A DNA stretch of 63,949 nucleotides, filler included, from Octopus bimaculoides (lineage: Eukaryota), in NCBI RefSeq assembly GCF_001194135.2. It is 4 parts of 4 records of this genome, joined end to end, with 100 filler letters (N's around TTAATTAATTAA, not from the genome) between each part and the next. Parts side by side here need not be neighbours in the genome. Positions count along the whole stretch, not along the records: positions 37,095 to 53,789 come from NC_068982.1; 3 more parts are not named here. One strand, written 5' to 3'. Shown here piece after piece: positions 37,466 through 52,380 of this stretch. Every line of letters starts with the position of its first letter. Position 1 is the first letter of the stretch. The position numbers and the translations under genes are program-made. The notes under the pieces were generated by a model, which worked only from the letters and a program-made list of their open reading frames with translations, had not been told where the DNA came from and did not search any database.

Positions 37466-40400
37466 TGCTACACCTCCCCCCAGAAGACAAATGCTGCATA
37501 CATATGGATAGTATGCAAAACCATAGGAAAGAGAATGGAAACTAGATAACATTGTTCACAATATGCCAAGGTGTGTGGTACGATGTTTTGAACTCTATCA
37601 CACTAAAGTCAACTTTTGAATTCACGTGAGTGTAGATACATGAAGTTGATCTGTCTTGTGCTGTCGTGTGATCTTATTTAGTAATAATACCACATGAGCG
37701 TCCTACACAGTGTTATAGTTTAGGTAAATAAATAATATTTGTCTAAAGTAGTTTTCGTATATATACGCTGAACTTTATCTCGCACTAAATACTGACCTCA
37801 ATCGGCGCGATTACCGTCGCCGATTCCTGGCAAACGAATGAATCACCGGCGTAAACTGGTTACAGCAGTTGACATAAATATACGCCGAACCATTGTCGTG
37901 CTCTAACTGCTTATCGCAGCCGAGATGATCACCGTCAATGCAACCTAGTTGCCTGATAAAAAATAAATCCATTGTCATGGGGTTAACATGAATTGTGTAT
38001 TCTCTAGTTTCGTATGCCAACATTCAATCCTGCAATTTATTTGTAGCATTCAAATCCCACTGCAATAATCTTGATGTTGTTAAAACAATTTCAGCATTGA
38101 ATGATGTATTTAAATAATTTAACTTTACAACACTTAGTCACGGAATGAAACGCTTCTGCACAAAATCATTTATTAAACTTATAATAGTGAAAATTACGTT
38201 GACATTTATAACATTTTGCCATATTGTCTAGGATTGTTGCTTATTAAATTATATATTAGAATACCTGATGTTGACTGGTTATCATACTCTTATTACAGGC
38301 CTCCTCTTGGTGTTTCTGAATCCCATGAATCCTCTCCATATTTTCACTTACTCTACAGAACATATATCAGTCTTGTCACTTTAAGAATTATCAAAACAAT
38401 ATAAATGCCAACATCATGAAAATACACCCTGCATTGCCCTATCTACATATGAAGGAAACTATCACAATTTTCAAAGGCCCTATGAATATTTCCTTCATAG
38501 TTCTTTATAATTCTCATTGCAAGCGTAAATGCCTAAACGTATCTCCCACGAAAAAGACCGACAACCACCAATACTGCTTTTGCATACAAAAAAGATAATT
38601 TTTTAGTACGTCCCCACCCACACACACACACACACATACACACACATATTTATAGTGCCCCATTCTCTGCTCATTAAAAACTCGACCATGCATTCATATT
38701 GCGTTACAAGATATATCTGTATCAGAGAATACTAAGATCTTAAATCTTTGGCATGTCTTCTGAAGTACATAAAAGCCGGGTTTCTGGACCCTGTCGCAGA
38801 CATATCACTACTGAGCTGGACGGGATGCGGGTTCATCAAAGACTTACTTCTGTTTTGCCAGCTGAGTGAACTAGAGCTAAGTGAAATGAAGCGTTTTGCT
38901 CAAAAACACAATGCGTAACATGCTCTAGGAATCGAAACGTGAATATTACTATCATGAGTTCAACTCTACAATCTCTAAACCAGGGGCCGCTACATCTGTT
39001 GTCGAATCTGTAAGTATTACAATTTCATATACTACTATGAACTAATTACATAAGTAATATACCATGTACTCATGCTCTTCCGATACAACGACGCCTTCCA
39101 TTTTCGGTTTAGTTCAGTTCTGCTTCTCTTGAGCAAACATTATTCAGAAATTTCTCATGAATGTATCCACATATAAAGTCGAGTAGAGCATAACTCTATG
39201 AAAATCTTAATTATTGTATCCGTGTAACAGTCATGGGACTTTCCTCCACTTTATAACATAAATATTATACATACATATATCATCCTAGAAGAGAGGAACC
39301 TAAGGATAACGTAGATCTTTATTTAAATTCATAAAGAAACAATGTTTCAATAAAACTGATTATCCACACACCAAGAGTTACTAATATCAGGTATAGATTT
39401 ATGGAAATACACTCTAGGGTATGTTCTTATATACAACGCGTACGTTCTATGGACAATAATCATTACACTAAATGAGAGGGTGCAGATTATTTTGACACTA
39501 ACTCATAGCTTATTGATTTCGACATAAATTGCGAAATATAGCAAATTCGTCTTTCCTTTGAATATACTTACTTTGATTTTTGCCATATTTCTGTTTCATT
39601 TTTCTATTAAACATATTTTATCTTACATTTGTAATATCGTTTTTCCTGCACCCCTTCATTTCGTTATTTCACATTTGCATACAGACCGCATTGTTCATTC
39701 AGATTACTATGGAATTGGCTTTGTCAGAACACATTCTCATTCCATAGTTACTCTTCAAATTATGAGATCAGGAATGTAAAATTTATTGTAGTAAGTATAT
39801 TAAAAACACTGAAGTTATAACAGACAGACACAAACAATCTTTTTTATAATATATATTTGGTATTCTTGCATTAGCGAAACTAATAATAACCTGAATGTTG
39901 GGTGCAAACGTGCCTGAGCCAGTTCTCAAAGACAGTCATTTGGTGAGGCAATTGGGAAATAGATGCAATTTACATTGTCATATTTTTCGTCAGTTCGACG
40001 TCAGGCTTATTATACTTACTTAACTTAAATGAAAATAGTTTGGCTAATTTAGTCAAATATAATTTCCCAAGAGACCTGAATTTTAGACTTCAATATAGTT
40101 TTCCCAGCAAAACAACAATTAGCTTCTGTATTGCATTTTGTTATTTCGCTGCTCCATACCTAAGGTGAGACAAAATAAATATCTATTCTATAAAATAGAA
40201 AAAAATGTTAGGTGATTGTTCTTTGTCACCTCTCATTCCAGATATATTGCAGACCCAATCGCAGATAATCATGCTGTTGCCTTGTTTGGTGTTAGATATG
40301 TTTTCAGACAAGTAGAAGTCTTGCATGGATAATAAACAAGTTAACCTTATATGATAATTTCATGCGCATGAATATATGCATTTTAATAGAATCTTGTGTC

Positions 40401-41134
40401 ACGAATGGAAATTAATATTAAATTTTAAAATTTCTTACTTGAAGTGAAGTAATAAAGTCACTTGAGATAAATAGAGTTTGGGATATTTTATTAAGGTAAC
40501 ACAGAAGAAAACATAATATCTAAAACAATATAACACCAAAGCTTCTAAAGATTGTGGAAGTATAATGCAAAAACCTTTATGAAATACTTGTACCAAACAA
40601 ACAGGTTTCTTTCATTTTTGCTAATAATATGTTTTGCTTTTAAAATATCTTAAGATGATGAGTAAAATATGAAAGTAGAATGAAAGATTAATAATAAAAA
40701 AATAAGGATATTTTTGAAAAACAATTTAATTAAAAACTATATTACATATTCTTAACTTCAACAACATTAGGAGCGAACATATAAATAATATATTGAAAAA
40801 TGCAACGAAGAAATGTGATATCGAACAGCCGGATTAAATTGTATGCTAATTTGTTAACAATAATATTTTCATGTATAGATTCGTGTTCAAGTTTCATGCA
40901 AGAAAAGGCAAAACAAATGAGCTGTGTGGCAACAAATCTCATAAACGTTATCCACAATTGGTCGACAACAAAGAAATTCTTCAGTGCATATCCGTGATGT
41001 ACCAAGCATAATATACTCAATCTTTCACTTAGAAAATCCAGTAGGTATTGACAGCAAATAGGGTGGTCTGATGAGTGAAATGCTGTCCCTCTCGGCCACC
41101 CAGATAGGCCACCCTGCTTGTGATTTCGTCCCAG

Positions 41135-41214
41135 ATCTCCATATAGAGATCGAGAATGGGCTTCTTGTATTTTACCTCAGTGTCACTTTGATGGCATGCA
41201 CTGCTCTCTGACTC

Positions 41215-41286
<72 letters not shown>

Positions 41287-41290
41287 TGTA
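41135..41290 (+). mobile_element. 3' end of a TAA-tailed retroposon
   Basis: cttcttgtattttacctcagtgtcactttgatggcatgcactgctctctgactc directly followed by (AAT)n. I recall this as a common octopus repeat end; family not verified. Confidence 0.45.
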
Positions 41291-41789
41291 ATAATAGGCT
41301 AAATAACAAAATAACAACATGAATGTACAGTAAGATCTCTCCACAAAACAAACTTAATCCAATAATATCGGTGCAATGGAAGGAAACCTTCGAGTTCCAA
41401 CTATGGGTAAAGTTCCGCTAAAGCAAAGAAACTAAAGAATCCGAACGATTTTTGTTAAATACACTGTAATTTCTTTCTTAAATATGTGATATCTCAATGT
41501 GACATACTGCTCCAGCATCCCTGGAAAAACACTCCAGCCACACCAATTACACAGTAAGTACGTAAGGATTAACTATGCTTACAAATGCCTACACATCCAT
41601 GTGCGCATGCTAAATGTTAGAAGCAGCATAAATAATGCTTAAACGACATACACGTGCACAAACAGAAAATAGAATAAAAACACGTGTCACGAGCGAAGCC
41701 GAACCAAACAGAAATAAGGCGACTTTCCACAAACGAATATAAAAGGAGCAAAACTGTTCACTCAGTTTAAAACATTATCAACCAGTTAT

Positions 41790-43390
41790 GCCCGGAAACA
41801 TAGCTACCAACGAAAAGGCAATTTTCGACAAATATATCCATTCGGAGAACAAAGATGCTGTGTCGTGTCAAAAAGTCAACCTCGAACAAGCAGAACCGTC
41901 TCCTATTGTTATCGTCTATGCTTTAATGACGAGCCAAATCTCATGCCGGATCGGTCATCACCCGGGACAAGGACCGTGTTACCCGGTCGGGAACCAGAGT
42001 GGGGTCGAAAAGTCTGCTGCTGGAACTAACTCTTAAGAAAGGAAGTAACAAGAACCAGGATAACCCTAACCCTAGACCTGTAGCGACACCACTTACAGCA
42101 ACACGCATGAAATGGACTACAGACGATTATATAGATGTGTTGAAAGCTTTCTATACAGGCCAAGTAAACCCAAAGAATAATCTTATTGTACAAACATACA
42201 CTTCATGGAGAAACTTAGGAGGCAACGGAGTATGCAGATACATAGCCGTAAATAAATTAAGCAACGTACGTAGAGACATCATTAAGAATAAAAGGTTAAC
42301 TGACACTGAAATTAGCCAAATTAGGCGACAATTATTTCACGGTAGACCAAATGCAGATGAAATAGGTAACAGATGCACAGAACCCAGTGTATAAACCGAA
42401 CGTCAAAAAGAAGCTGTGAAAAAATAGCAAAGAACAGATATGGTAAAAAAGTGGAGAAAGTAGACCTATGTCAAAACCGCCAGAATAGATATGACAGAAT
42501 TTGAGATGAATAATAAAGACAAGATCACCGAAGCAAAAGAAGTTATGACAGTACTCAGCAAGAATGAATTTACTGACATTATCAATTGAGAAGCGCTGCC
42601 AAAGCACTCAAACAACATAAAAAATAACAATACAGTCATGATATATAATGTTGTTGCTTTTAGATAGATCTTAATAAATAAAGAAAATGAACTAACAACC
42701 TTAAATAATATAATCTATTCCACTGCTAATGTTTTAACTGCTCAATTAGGTATCAGGACGACACAGAAAAGGAGTAACCATATCAACAAACCTCCTAAGT
42801 GCAAAGTAGCAACACAAAAGAGTTCGAACTTTTGCAGGCGGATCTATCAGTTCTCGTGAACATGCTAGAGGATTAAATGTTAAGACGAAACGTGCTAGAA
42901 AAGTCAAGCAAAAATATGGAATCAAAGGTTTTATAAACCTCCCTGCAACCAAGGAAATAGTGAAAGTTCAACGAGGCCATGGGAGACTTCTGGCAACACA
43001 CTGCTGTCCACTCTCAAAGAATGAAACAGGAAACAAAGCCGCGTTCTCTGAGATGTAAAACAATAATAATACACAGGTTGTTGAACAATTACGATGAAAT
43101 AAAGTGGGAAATACGCTGGTTGTGGGCAATGTAAAGATTGGATGTGATGCCAATATTGATTGACGCCTTCAGAAGTATGAGCACTCAACAACAAACATGG
43201 ATCCAAAATATTGGTACAAATGTAAAAAAAAGAACACCTACAAAATTCACTAACCCTTGGAACTGCGAGCGTTCTCTGCAGCGTTCTTGAAGCAAGATCA
43301 GTAAACAAGTGTTACCTTAGTCAGTAGGCTGTAGGCAGCTGGTACTTTCCATTATATCCAGCAAAACAAGGTGAATGTTGTCATCAAAAT
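41790..43390 (+). mobile_element. R4/Dong-clade non-LTR retrotransposon, internally deleted and lacking RT
   Basis: N-terminal KWTTDDY...KLSNVRRDIIKNKRLTDTEISQIR, then LTTLNNIIYSTANVLTAQLG..KPP and KVKQKYGIK..NLPATKEIVK. It jumps at about 42970-43000 to the RLE end, NYDEIKWEIRWLWAM*RLDVMPILI...EHLQNSLTLGTASVL..VLE. The 3' UTR resembles 53520-53610. Confidence 0.8.
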
Positions 43391-44167
43391 ACGAAAGGAA
43401 AATCTTGTTCATGTTAGGAACAGGAGACGAGGTATTAGGGAAGAAATATAGTAAGCTATTAAGGAAGTATAAGAAGAATGCATAGTAAACTTAAACAATA
43501 ACCTGGGGAGAAAATTTATACGAAATTACTTAAACAAAATATTGAGGGAAAGAGACCTTTTTTTTTATGAAGAGTGTGTAATTTAAAGAAGACTTTATTT
43601 GATACGTGATATGGTAAATGATATTATGTAGTAGAATTGATACTGAGATCACGAGTTGCTGAGTGTAATCTTCATAACTATGCAGCCTGATTACATTTGA
43701 TTTTTCCAGTCTGTAATCTTCTGGTAGACTGAAGCATACATGTTACATACATACATCCATCCATCCATCCATACATACATACATACATACGTGCATACAT
43801 ATATGTATATATGTGTGGGTGTGTAAGTCTACCTATCTGTCTCTCTAGCCACAGAAGTGCACACACACAAACAAACACCTCCCTCAAACACATATATGAT
43901 AAATATTATTTCGCTCAGGTATAGCGATACTAATAACCTGTTATAACTTAATACTTGCATGCTTCAGAACAAAGCATCATCTGAGTACAGGGCAGTAATA
44001 TGAAAATAAAATGACAAAGTAAAAGAAATTATGTTATAATCTCATTTGCATACCGCTGTTTCCATTATTAGTTGGAGTGTACTCACATTTCATGCTTGTA
44101 TATCTTCCAATAGATTCATGGCTGCTTCAGATATGAAACGCAATTTTACTTGGGAAAGAAATTACGT

Positions 44168-44267
<100 letters not shown>

Positions 44268-45201
44268 GATTATCTATATATATGTCTGTGCATCTGTGCG
44301 CGCATGTGTGTTTGTGTGTGTGTATAAGGAGAGGTACAGGAAGAACCCTTATGAAAATAATTAAGAAAGAAAACGAACAACAATTTATCCCGTGAATATA
44401 GATAAATTGAAAGTTATCAAATAAGAGATAGTGAAAGAGAAAGAGAGCAAGAAAATTGAGACAAAGCAAATAAAAAGAGTAAAAAGTGGAGCGGATAAGT
44501 GTTTATGAAGGTCAGTAAAAAATTTTCTATATAATCATCTTCACTTGGTTGAAAATTTACAGAAAGGGAGAGAGGTAAGCGAGTAACTAGGGAACGTTTG
44601 ACAGATAACAATGTGTGTATAGATTCATACATAGATACATAGATATTCTTTACACATTGATCTTCATTTTCTGTCTCAGTATTGTTAATGTTGGCAAGCT
44701 ATTGTGGATTGCAGGATATATTTTAAGATCAAAATTTCTTGGTAATAAATGTTTCCTGAAATTAAATGAGGCAGGAATGGATGGAATCTACAGCTTTCAC
44801 AACATTTCCGCATAGACATATCAACTGAAGGAACCTTATCATAGAAGTTGCATATCTGATTTGGCGATAGAATTACATTTCATGATGGCACTACTATTCG
44901 TTTGTTGGTCACTTAAATGTTAACTTGTAGATAGTCTCTTGTAAAACGTTTTCAAATTTATGAGGAGTATTATCCATAGTAAGATATTGTGTAGAAAAAT
45001 ATCGTGTAGAGATATCTTCAAGCTGTAACTCCCTACCATAAGCGTTCATAATGTTTTATAAGCGCGTGGTCATTTCTTGAGAATAATCTGCAAATATAAT
45101 CGTATTGGGAAACTATTTTTAAATTGCAACCTGGCATCTTAAAATTAGTGACATATTCTCAAGGTATTCTCGGATGCGTAAATCATGATGGAAAGATATT
45201 G

Positions 45202-45287
45202 ACTGGAACATCCTTTATGCCTTTCATTTACTGGAACATCCTTTATGCTTTTCATTTACTGGAACATCCTTTATGCTTTTCATTTAC
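45202..45287. repeat. 28-bp tandem triplication (ACTGGAACATCCTTTATGCTTTTCATTT)
   Basis: Three near-identical copies. Confidence 0.95.
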
Positions 45288-45779
45288 CGAGGTTTATCCA
45301 TAGGTTTAAATACTAACAATTATGACAAACTGACCGAAAAATCATTTCCCAAACGAGATAACTCTGATTTGCATTATGTTTCTTTAAAACAGAAGATACT
45401 TTTTTTCCTCTACCCTATTGAATGAAGGAACGTTTGACCTAATACTTTGAGCACTGAAATGATTGGTACTTGCCACTTTTGGACTTCATTTTTCATTTAT
45501 TTTTATATTCAATCCTTCTTACATACATCGACTTATAATTTTTTACACTTCAACTACTCCTTAGAACCATATCTATCATTTCACCCGAATTTCATTTTAC
45601 TTCTTTGATTTTATTTCTTACTTTCGTCTCCGATCTTATCCACACATCATCTTTTCTCATCCCAAACATTCTCATTATCACATTTCCCATTTAGAAGCAT
45701 GCGTGCATATAATACTCTTTTCCAAACAGACTAATTACCTCCAAACTTCCTCCCTCAGTTCTCTCTCTCTCTCTCCCTC

Positions 45780-45898
<119 letters not shown>

Positions 45899-48239
45899 CA
45901 TTCTTCCGTCATACACACACGTTATTTTATCCATAACACGGGAGCAAAGAAAATTTCTAATTGGCCTAGTCTATAAACCAAACGTACTCGAGGAACTTTT
46001 CCTGTTGTCATCGTATATTTCTCTGTTCTAGCTTTTGTGATAGGCTATAGATTTCCAGCCAGCCATGATACTTAAGTATTCCTTTCTTTCTGAGGTTGTT
46101 AATCACAAATGAAACCGCCTTAGTTTGTTCGAATACGGATTTTAATTTGATTGAAACAACATGAAAGACTTGAGAATCACCTGCTGAGGTTTTATATCAG
46201 ATAACAACGCTAAGTACAAAGCAGCAGATGATAAACTGCAAGTTCTATAAACTCCACATTAATTTCGGATATATCCATAGCAACATGAAAATGTGACGTT
46301 TTAGATATATTTGATTAGAATACATAAATGCAAACAAAATTGTGATTCTTCAGTAAAAGTTATTAAAACCATATGCTCTTTCTCATGGTGTCCTATCGGG
46401 ATAGCAAAACGAACTTCGTGGCGAGAAGAAGGAAAATGGATCTTTTTCTTATCTTTTTTCAAAGTGATTTCAGAGCACCAGTCTCTTACCTTACAAACTG
46501 AACAGACCATGTACTCAGAGCCTTAGGATTGATTGGAGATACGATGTGTATTATAAAAGCTGCGTAGACCGGTGTCTTCGGAGGAATAAAGAATTAGTAG
46601 CTCGTATGCTTATACTGTGTACATTACAAACTCACGCATACAGACAGACAGACAGACGCGCACACACTACAAAGAGACAAATGGTTTATCAATTACAGCT
46701 ACAATTATTGCAGGTAAAATCTAAAATCGCGACGTAGGTATTGCTTCGTTAGGTATGTGATATGTAAAACATTCATAAGAATGTGAGACTTTACTCAACT
46801 CTCAGCTCATAAGGTTCGCGAAACCAATGCACACAATTCCCGTTCATGACAGCCTTACTAAACGCTGTCCGTCATTTTCACAGCTTCGTATTAACCTCGC
46901 AGTGTAAGAATTATAGAATCATCACAATACCCGATGCACGAATAATGGTAATGCATGGAAAAATATTGCCCAATTAACTGAACAGCTTGTTCAGCAAATG
47001 TTAGGAGATAATATGGCACAATTTCATTTAATCAATGTATTGATATCATATGGCAGATTTATATGATATATTGGATGTTTTCTAGTAATTTAGAGCTATA
47101 TATTCTACACACATAATTTTATTGATAAATAAATACCTAAAAATAAAATAAAAACATGCCGATACTCAAATTGGTTGAAATGGACCTTGAAAACATTATT
47201 TCATCATATTTTAGGAGATTTTCCGCTGGTACCCCATTTCGTATTGGCAGTCAGCCACAAAATACAAAGAATATGATATAAGCATATACTCATATACATA
47301 CATACATACATACATACATGCATATATATANNNNNNNNNNNNNNNNNNNNNNNNNNNNNNNNNNNNNNNNNNNNNNNNNNNNNNNNNNNNNNNNNNNNNN
47401 NNNNNNNNNNNNNNNNNNNNNNNNNNNNNNNNNNNNNNNNNNNNNNNNNNNNNNNNNNNNNNNNNNNNNNNNNNNNNNNNNNNNNNNNNNNNNNNNNNNN
47501 NNNNNNNNNNNNNNNNNNNNNNNNNNNNNNNNNNNNNNNNNNNNNNNNNNNNNNNNNNNNNNNNNNNNNNNNNNNNNNNNNNNNNNNNNNNNNNNNNNNN
47601 NNNNNNNNNNNNNNNNNNNNNNNNNNNNNNNNNNNNNNNNNNNNNNNNNNNNNNNNNNNNNNNNNNNNNNNNNNNNNNNNNNNNNNNNNNNNNNNNNNNN
47701 NNNNNNNNNNNNNNNNNNNNNNNNNNNNNNNNNNNNNNNNNNNNNNNNNNNNNNNNNNNNNNNNNNNNNNNNNNNNNNNNNNNNNNNNNNNNNNNNNNNN
47801 NNNNNNNNNNNNNNNNNNNNNNNNNNNNNNNNNNNNNNNNNNNNNNNNNNNNNNNNNNNNNNNNNNNNNNNNNNNNNNNNNNNNNNNNNNNNNNNNNNNN
47901 NNNNNNNNNNNNNNNNNNNNNNNNNNNNNNNNNNNNNNNNNNNNNNNNNNNNNNNNNNNNNNNNNNNNNNNNNNNNNNNNNNNNNNNNNNNNNNNNNNNN
48001 NNNNNNNNNNNNNNNNNNNNNNNNNNNNNNNNNNNNNNNNNNNNNNNNNNNNNNNNNNNNNNNNNNNNNNNNNNNNNNNNNNNNNNNNNNNNNNNNNNNN
48101 NNNNNNNNNNNNNNNNNNNNNNNNNNNNNNNNNNNNNNNNNNNNNNNNNNNNNNNNNNNNNNNNNNNNNNNNNNNNNNNNNNNNNNNNNNNNNNNNNNNN
48201 NNNNNNNNNNNNNNNNNNNNNNNNNNNNNNNNNNNNNNN

Positions 48240-48273
<34 letters not shown>

Positions 48274-51149
48274 TAGGTGGTGGTAAAATATGAATATAAG
48301 AATAATGATACACGCATATATTTTCCCATTTAAGCAGAAGTACTCAGCAACAAACTCAGAACTCACGAATGTTTGGCTTAAATTTCAGTGTCCCGTGGTC
48401 TTAGAATGTGATACATTAGTTCTGTAAATGAGACCTCCAATTAAAATAATAACATCCAATAAAAACTAACTATCTTCACAAGCTGCATCGAACAGAGTAA
48501 TTTTTGTTGTGGCACTAGTTCGTGCATATTTCTAAAAGAGTGGTATATGTGTGATAGGGTAGTATAATAACTCTTAGATATTAAAGCACTAAGCAACACA
48601 GGTTTTGTTTGATTAAAATAATCTGCTGTACTTAATTAATATTTTTTTCTCTTTCATCGGATGATATTTCACAAGTAGTTTTAAAATAACATGCCATAAA
48701 AATAGACCTGTTCTACAATTGTTTGACAACTATATATTTTATTGATTTTAAACACATTTTCGAGCTCAATAGCTATTGCACCTTCCCATGTATAGTGGAT
48801 ATTAATAGTGTTTTTTTTTATTATTATAAATATAAGTAACTCAGTAATTCAGGTTTATGGTTGAAAAACTGGGCCTTCAAGAAGAGGCACGCGAAGCTCA
48901 CGCTAAAAAGACAAAAGATATTTAATCAAACGTAAAAAATTATGTAACTGTCTACCTCTAACCCTCTTCTGTTTGACATTGTACTGGGTCGCTTTCATAG
49001 GAATTGATCGGGTGTTTATGCTAACGTGCGGCAATATGAGTCCCTAAGACTGAAATGGTGAGTGGCGTATGAGGAGGAAAGTTTTTCTGCATTTGAATCT
49101 TGAAGGCTATGAGTCAATTAAAGCATATACTTAGACGCAACGATCGATGGATTTTTTCCGCTGAAAACAAAAGATATAATCAGAATTTACAAATAATACT
49201 TTGTTACCGTTTAATTCAAAGACTTATATAGTTCTCGTAAATATGTGATTGTATACTTTTACTTTGGTACTGGTCAGTTTTAGCTAAGGAGACCAACGAC
49301 AAAGAAATGTTGGCCTTTAATCATGCTTCAGTTTAAGCATTCAGTCGAGCAATATCTTTCTAATAACATAGCCCGCATCAGATTTCATGATGGTATACTT
49401 TAATTTGAGTATTCGAGTGTAATCTCTAGTTTTCCATTTACTGATGAAAACAATACCTCTTATTGAGTCACTAATTCAAAATAACATTGGATATGAATCT
49501 TTGCAACTACCGCAATATCCTAATAAAAATATTAGGTGTAATTAAAGTATTGTTACAATATATGGTGACACTAAAGTTCAAAAGATTTGAAATATTAAAG
49601 AGAAAGTTGAAACAGTCAATCTATAATATGCGACCTATATATTGAAATTTATTGCGCATTCATAAATGAGATATATTGCGGACAATCAGTGTGGTTAACT
49701 ATCATTCATCCCTAATTTCAGTATAACAATATGCTCGTACGAGACTAGATTTTATTTGATTTGCCTTACTCGTATAAATATCATAGCTGATACTGGGGAG
49801 ATATACATTCAAATTAAATAGTAAAGTAATAAAATATCACGACGTAACTTTGAGAACGTTACTGAATTTCCGAAACATCATTTTAGTTAGGTTACTGCCT
49901 TGTTTCTAAGTCCCTAGAAAATAGCGATTATATATATAGCAGAAAACCTTGTGTTGATTTCGTACTTTATGGGGCGGGAATTTTAGGTGTTATTTATAGA
50001 AGTTTGTGTGATCATTTAATATTTCTCTGATATGCTTAGACTTAGATTCTTTTACTATTTTATTCTCCTCCTGACTTCAGTTGTTAATCCATGGCCACGC
50101 TGAAATACCAAGATCACGCGCTTTAGTTGCATGCTCATATCCCAACCAGATATACATTGGAGACTTTTATTGAAACGTTCAATCACATAGGAGGATACAA
50201 CAAAAACACATGACTATACATATAAGTAAATATACAACGCATTTCTTTGTATCTACCGCCAACCGAGTTTTACTGATAAAGCAATGGCAATACTGGCACT
50301 AAACCAAAATAAATTTACCCGGTGTGTCACGCAATAAGATTGAGCCTGGAGGCTCGAAACTGTAAAGCCTAACTCTTAAATATACGACCTTTCTTGTCCC
50401 TATAACTAGTTATTTCGCAACATGTTTTAGAGCAAATTTTCTTGATATGTGATTCATTATAAAAGCAGAGGGAACTAAATGTTGATCTAAGTGATACTTT
50501 TCGTTTTGATCTTCTCTCGATGGAATTTACTGCATGTACATTGACAATATGTATCAATAAAAATTTTCGCAATAATTTACATCAATAATTACATAGAAGA
50601 ATAATATTCAGTGAACATAAGATGGAATTATATCGATGTTTGAAAATTATTATGTTCCTTGAAGATATGCACTCGTAAATTGCTTAATTTTTATAAAATT
50701 GGATGGTAGAATTCTACTGAAAAAAAAGTACCTTCATATATCAGGAAATTCTGCCCATATTGTTATATTTGTCTTTGCTATAATTTTAAAGAAACGACAC
50801 AAATATGTATGATGATTGAAGTAATTCTTTTACAAATATCAGGATTGAGAAGATTGTTAAACACCGATGGAATTCTTTCTTCTCAAACGCAGTGAGTCTT
50901 TGGTGTGCCATTCTCTAACGTGAGAACTGCATGTGTTTAGAAATACGCAAACCCTGTTTTAGATCTAATCTCGTTTTAACCGTTTCTATTCACTTAGCCC
51001 ACTACAGCAGGTTTTATGGTCAACAGCAATACCAACATATACATAGTCTGTTGTGTGAGAAGTAGTCACAGATAGGCAAACGTCCAAGCTTTATGCTAAA
51101 AGCAAGTAAATTACTTCCAAAAACAGAGGAATGTATACAAATATACTGA

Positions 51150-52380
51150 ACATATCTACCCCATATTCAAATTACTATCCCTTCAGCTCACCTCGGACAG
51201 AAATTAGGAAACGAAATACCCAAGCCTTAATAGTTAATTATCGATAATAACTACAATTACATATCATCTCTTCAATACTTTCTTATTCGACAACAATTGA
51301 TTTACTGCTCGAGCAGACCTATGTTCAGATTCATTCTAGTATCGATCATCTTGTTTATTTATTTGTCCAACACTAAATTACTTATCACATTGCTACCATG
51401 TTAAGACCGTACTCTATCATTCACTGTTATTTGGCCAAGAGCTAATCTCTCGCCCAGTACGTCTTTCTGCAGCGCCTCTTCTAGATTTCCAATTTGCTGT
51501 TGTTCCAGTTTAGACATATCTATCCTTAATTTTTCACAAAATCTTATCGACTCTGCTATAATAGCCATTGTATAGGGCTACCCAAGATTGGTTTTTGATG
51601 ATTTCTCCTCTCAAATTCCGGTTAACAAATGTAATAATCTACTGAGAAAGATGCATTCAGTGTCCAGCAACCTTCTCACTGCATATGACATATGCGTAGC
51701 TTTACCTTACAATTGAATATCGGTACAACATTTTTGGTGGGTGTGTTTTGTTCATGCTGAGTGTGTGCTTGTCTTTGCAGGTACTTCTGTTATGTTTAGG
51801 AGGGAAATGTTGAAGGTGATTGCAAAGAGTATTTCTTTGTACTACCAAGCACATGGTGCTGTCTTTATTGTGTAGTAAATTTAGAAGGTTTGTTTAGAAG
51901 TGGTGCATGTTTCTAAATATTCATTGTGAAAGTTTATTTTTGTTTTAATTTTCCCTATCGAAAACTGAGGTTTCTTCGCATCTTTTCCATATTCTCAGAT
52001 TTGACTGAAAGGAGGGTTTCCAGTGTACTTCAAAATCAAAAATTATCCAACACAACATAAGTTAATATCCTCTGTCGTCCAACCCACGTGGAACTCACTG
52101 CGGTTTAACACGATACGTCCTCCTTCCGAAATGCCCTGCGTGAAGGACATTTTCCCGTTGTGCATATGAACTATGGAGGATCTAATCAGAATTGCACTTG
52201 ATTGTGTTCTACAGCTTCTAGGTGTCGGGCGTTGTCGACACTCATTGAAGCAGCACCGCTTTCCTGACAGGTGATAATAAAATGTCACCTGTAATTACAG
52301 CTGTGCTCTGCATGTCAGGCATTACTCCGTCTCTTTAGGGTGGACGAAAAATATTTCATTGCTTTGCCGTCATAGCTATT
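51150..52380 (-). mobile_element. Decayed N-terminal half of an R4/Dong-like element
   Basis: Minus-strand translation gives GWTTEDINL.., KIL*KLRIDMSKLEQQQIGNL and EQ*INCCRIRKY*R, resembling the R4 pre-RT region; many stops. Confidence 0.45.

Noticed and set aside
38268-38357. Minus-strand open segment with AG/GT ends (RVSENMERIHGIQKHQEEAC...)
   Set aside because: No recognisable homology; it does not fit as the CDR2 exon preceding 60991 even if the scaffold were inverted.
39685-40330. Joining two exon-like pieces gives SGIY...NHAVALFG, reminiscent of papain-family proteases
   Set aside because: It needs a weak donor, lacks the following NSWG motif and any catalytic Cys exon, and is probably chance.
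41068-41080. CTGATGA followed by GAAA
   Set aside because: Only 2 nt lie between the boxes, so no stem II can form and there is no stem I/III; other isolated CTGATGA hits (3828, 8898, 12187, 49442) also lack partners.
42061-42075. TAACCC x2, telomere-like
   Set aside because: Only two units, and they are within the R4 ORF remnant (NPNP).
50340-50362. GAGCC-tgga-GGCTC-GAAAC hairpin resembling a hammerhead 3' half
   Set aside because: No CUGANGA box upstream; it lies in a degenerate SINE head.
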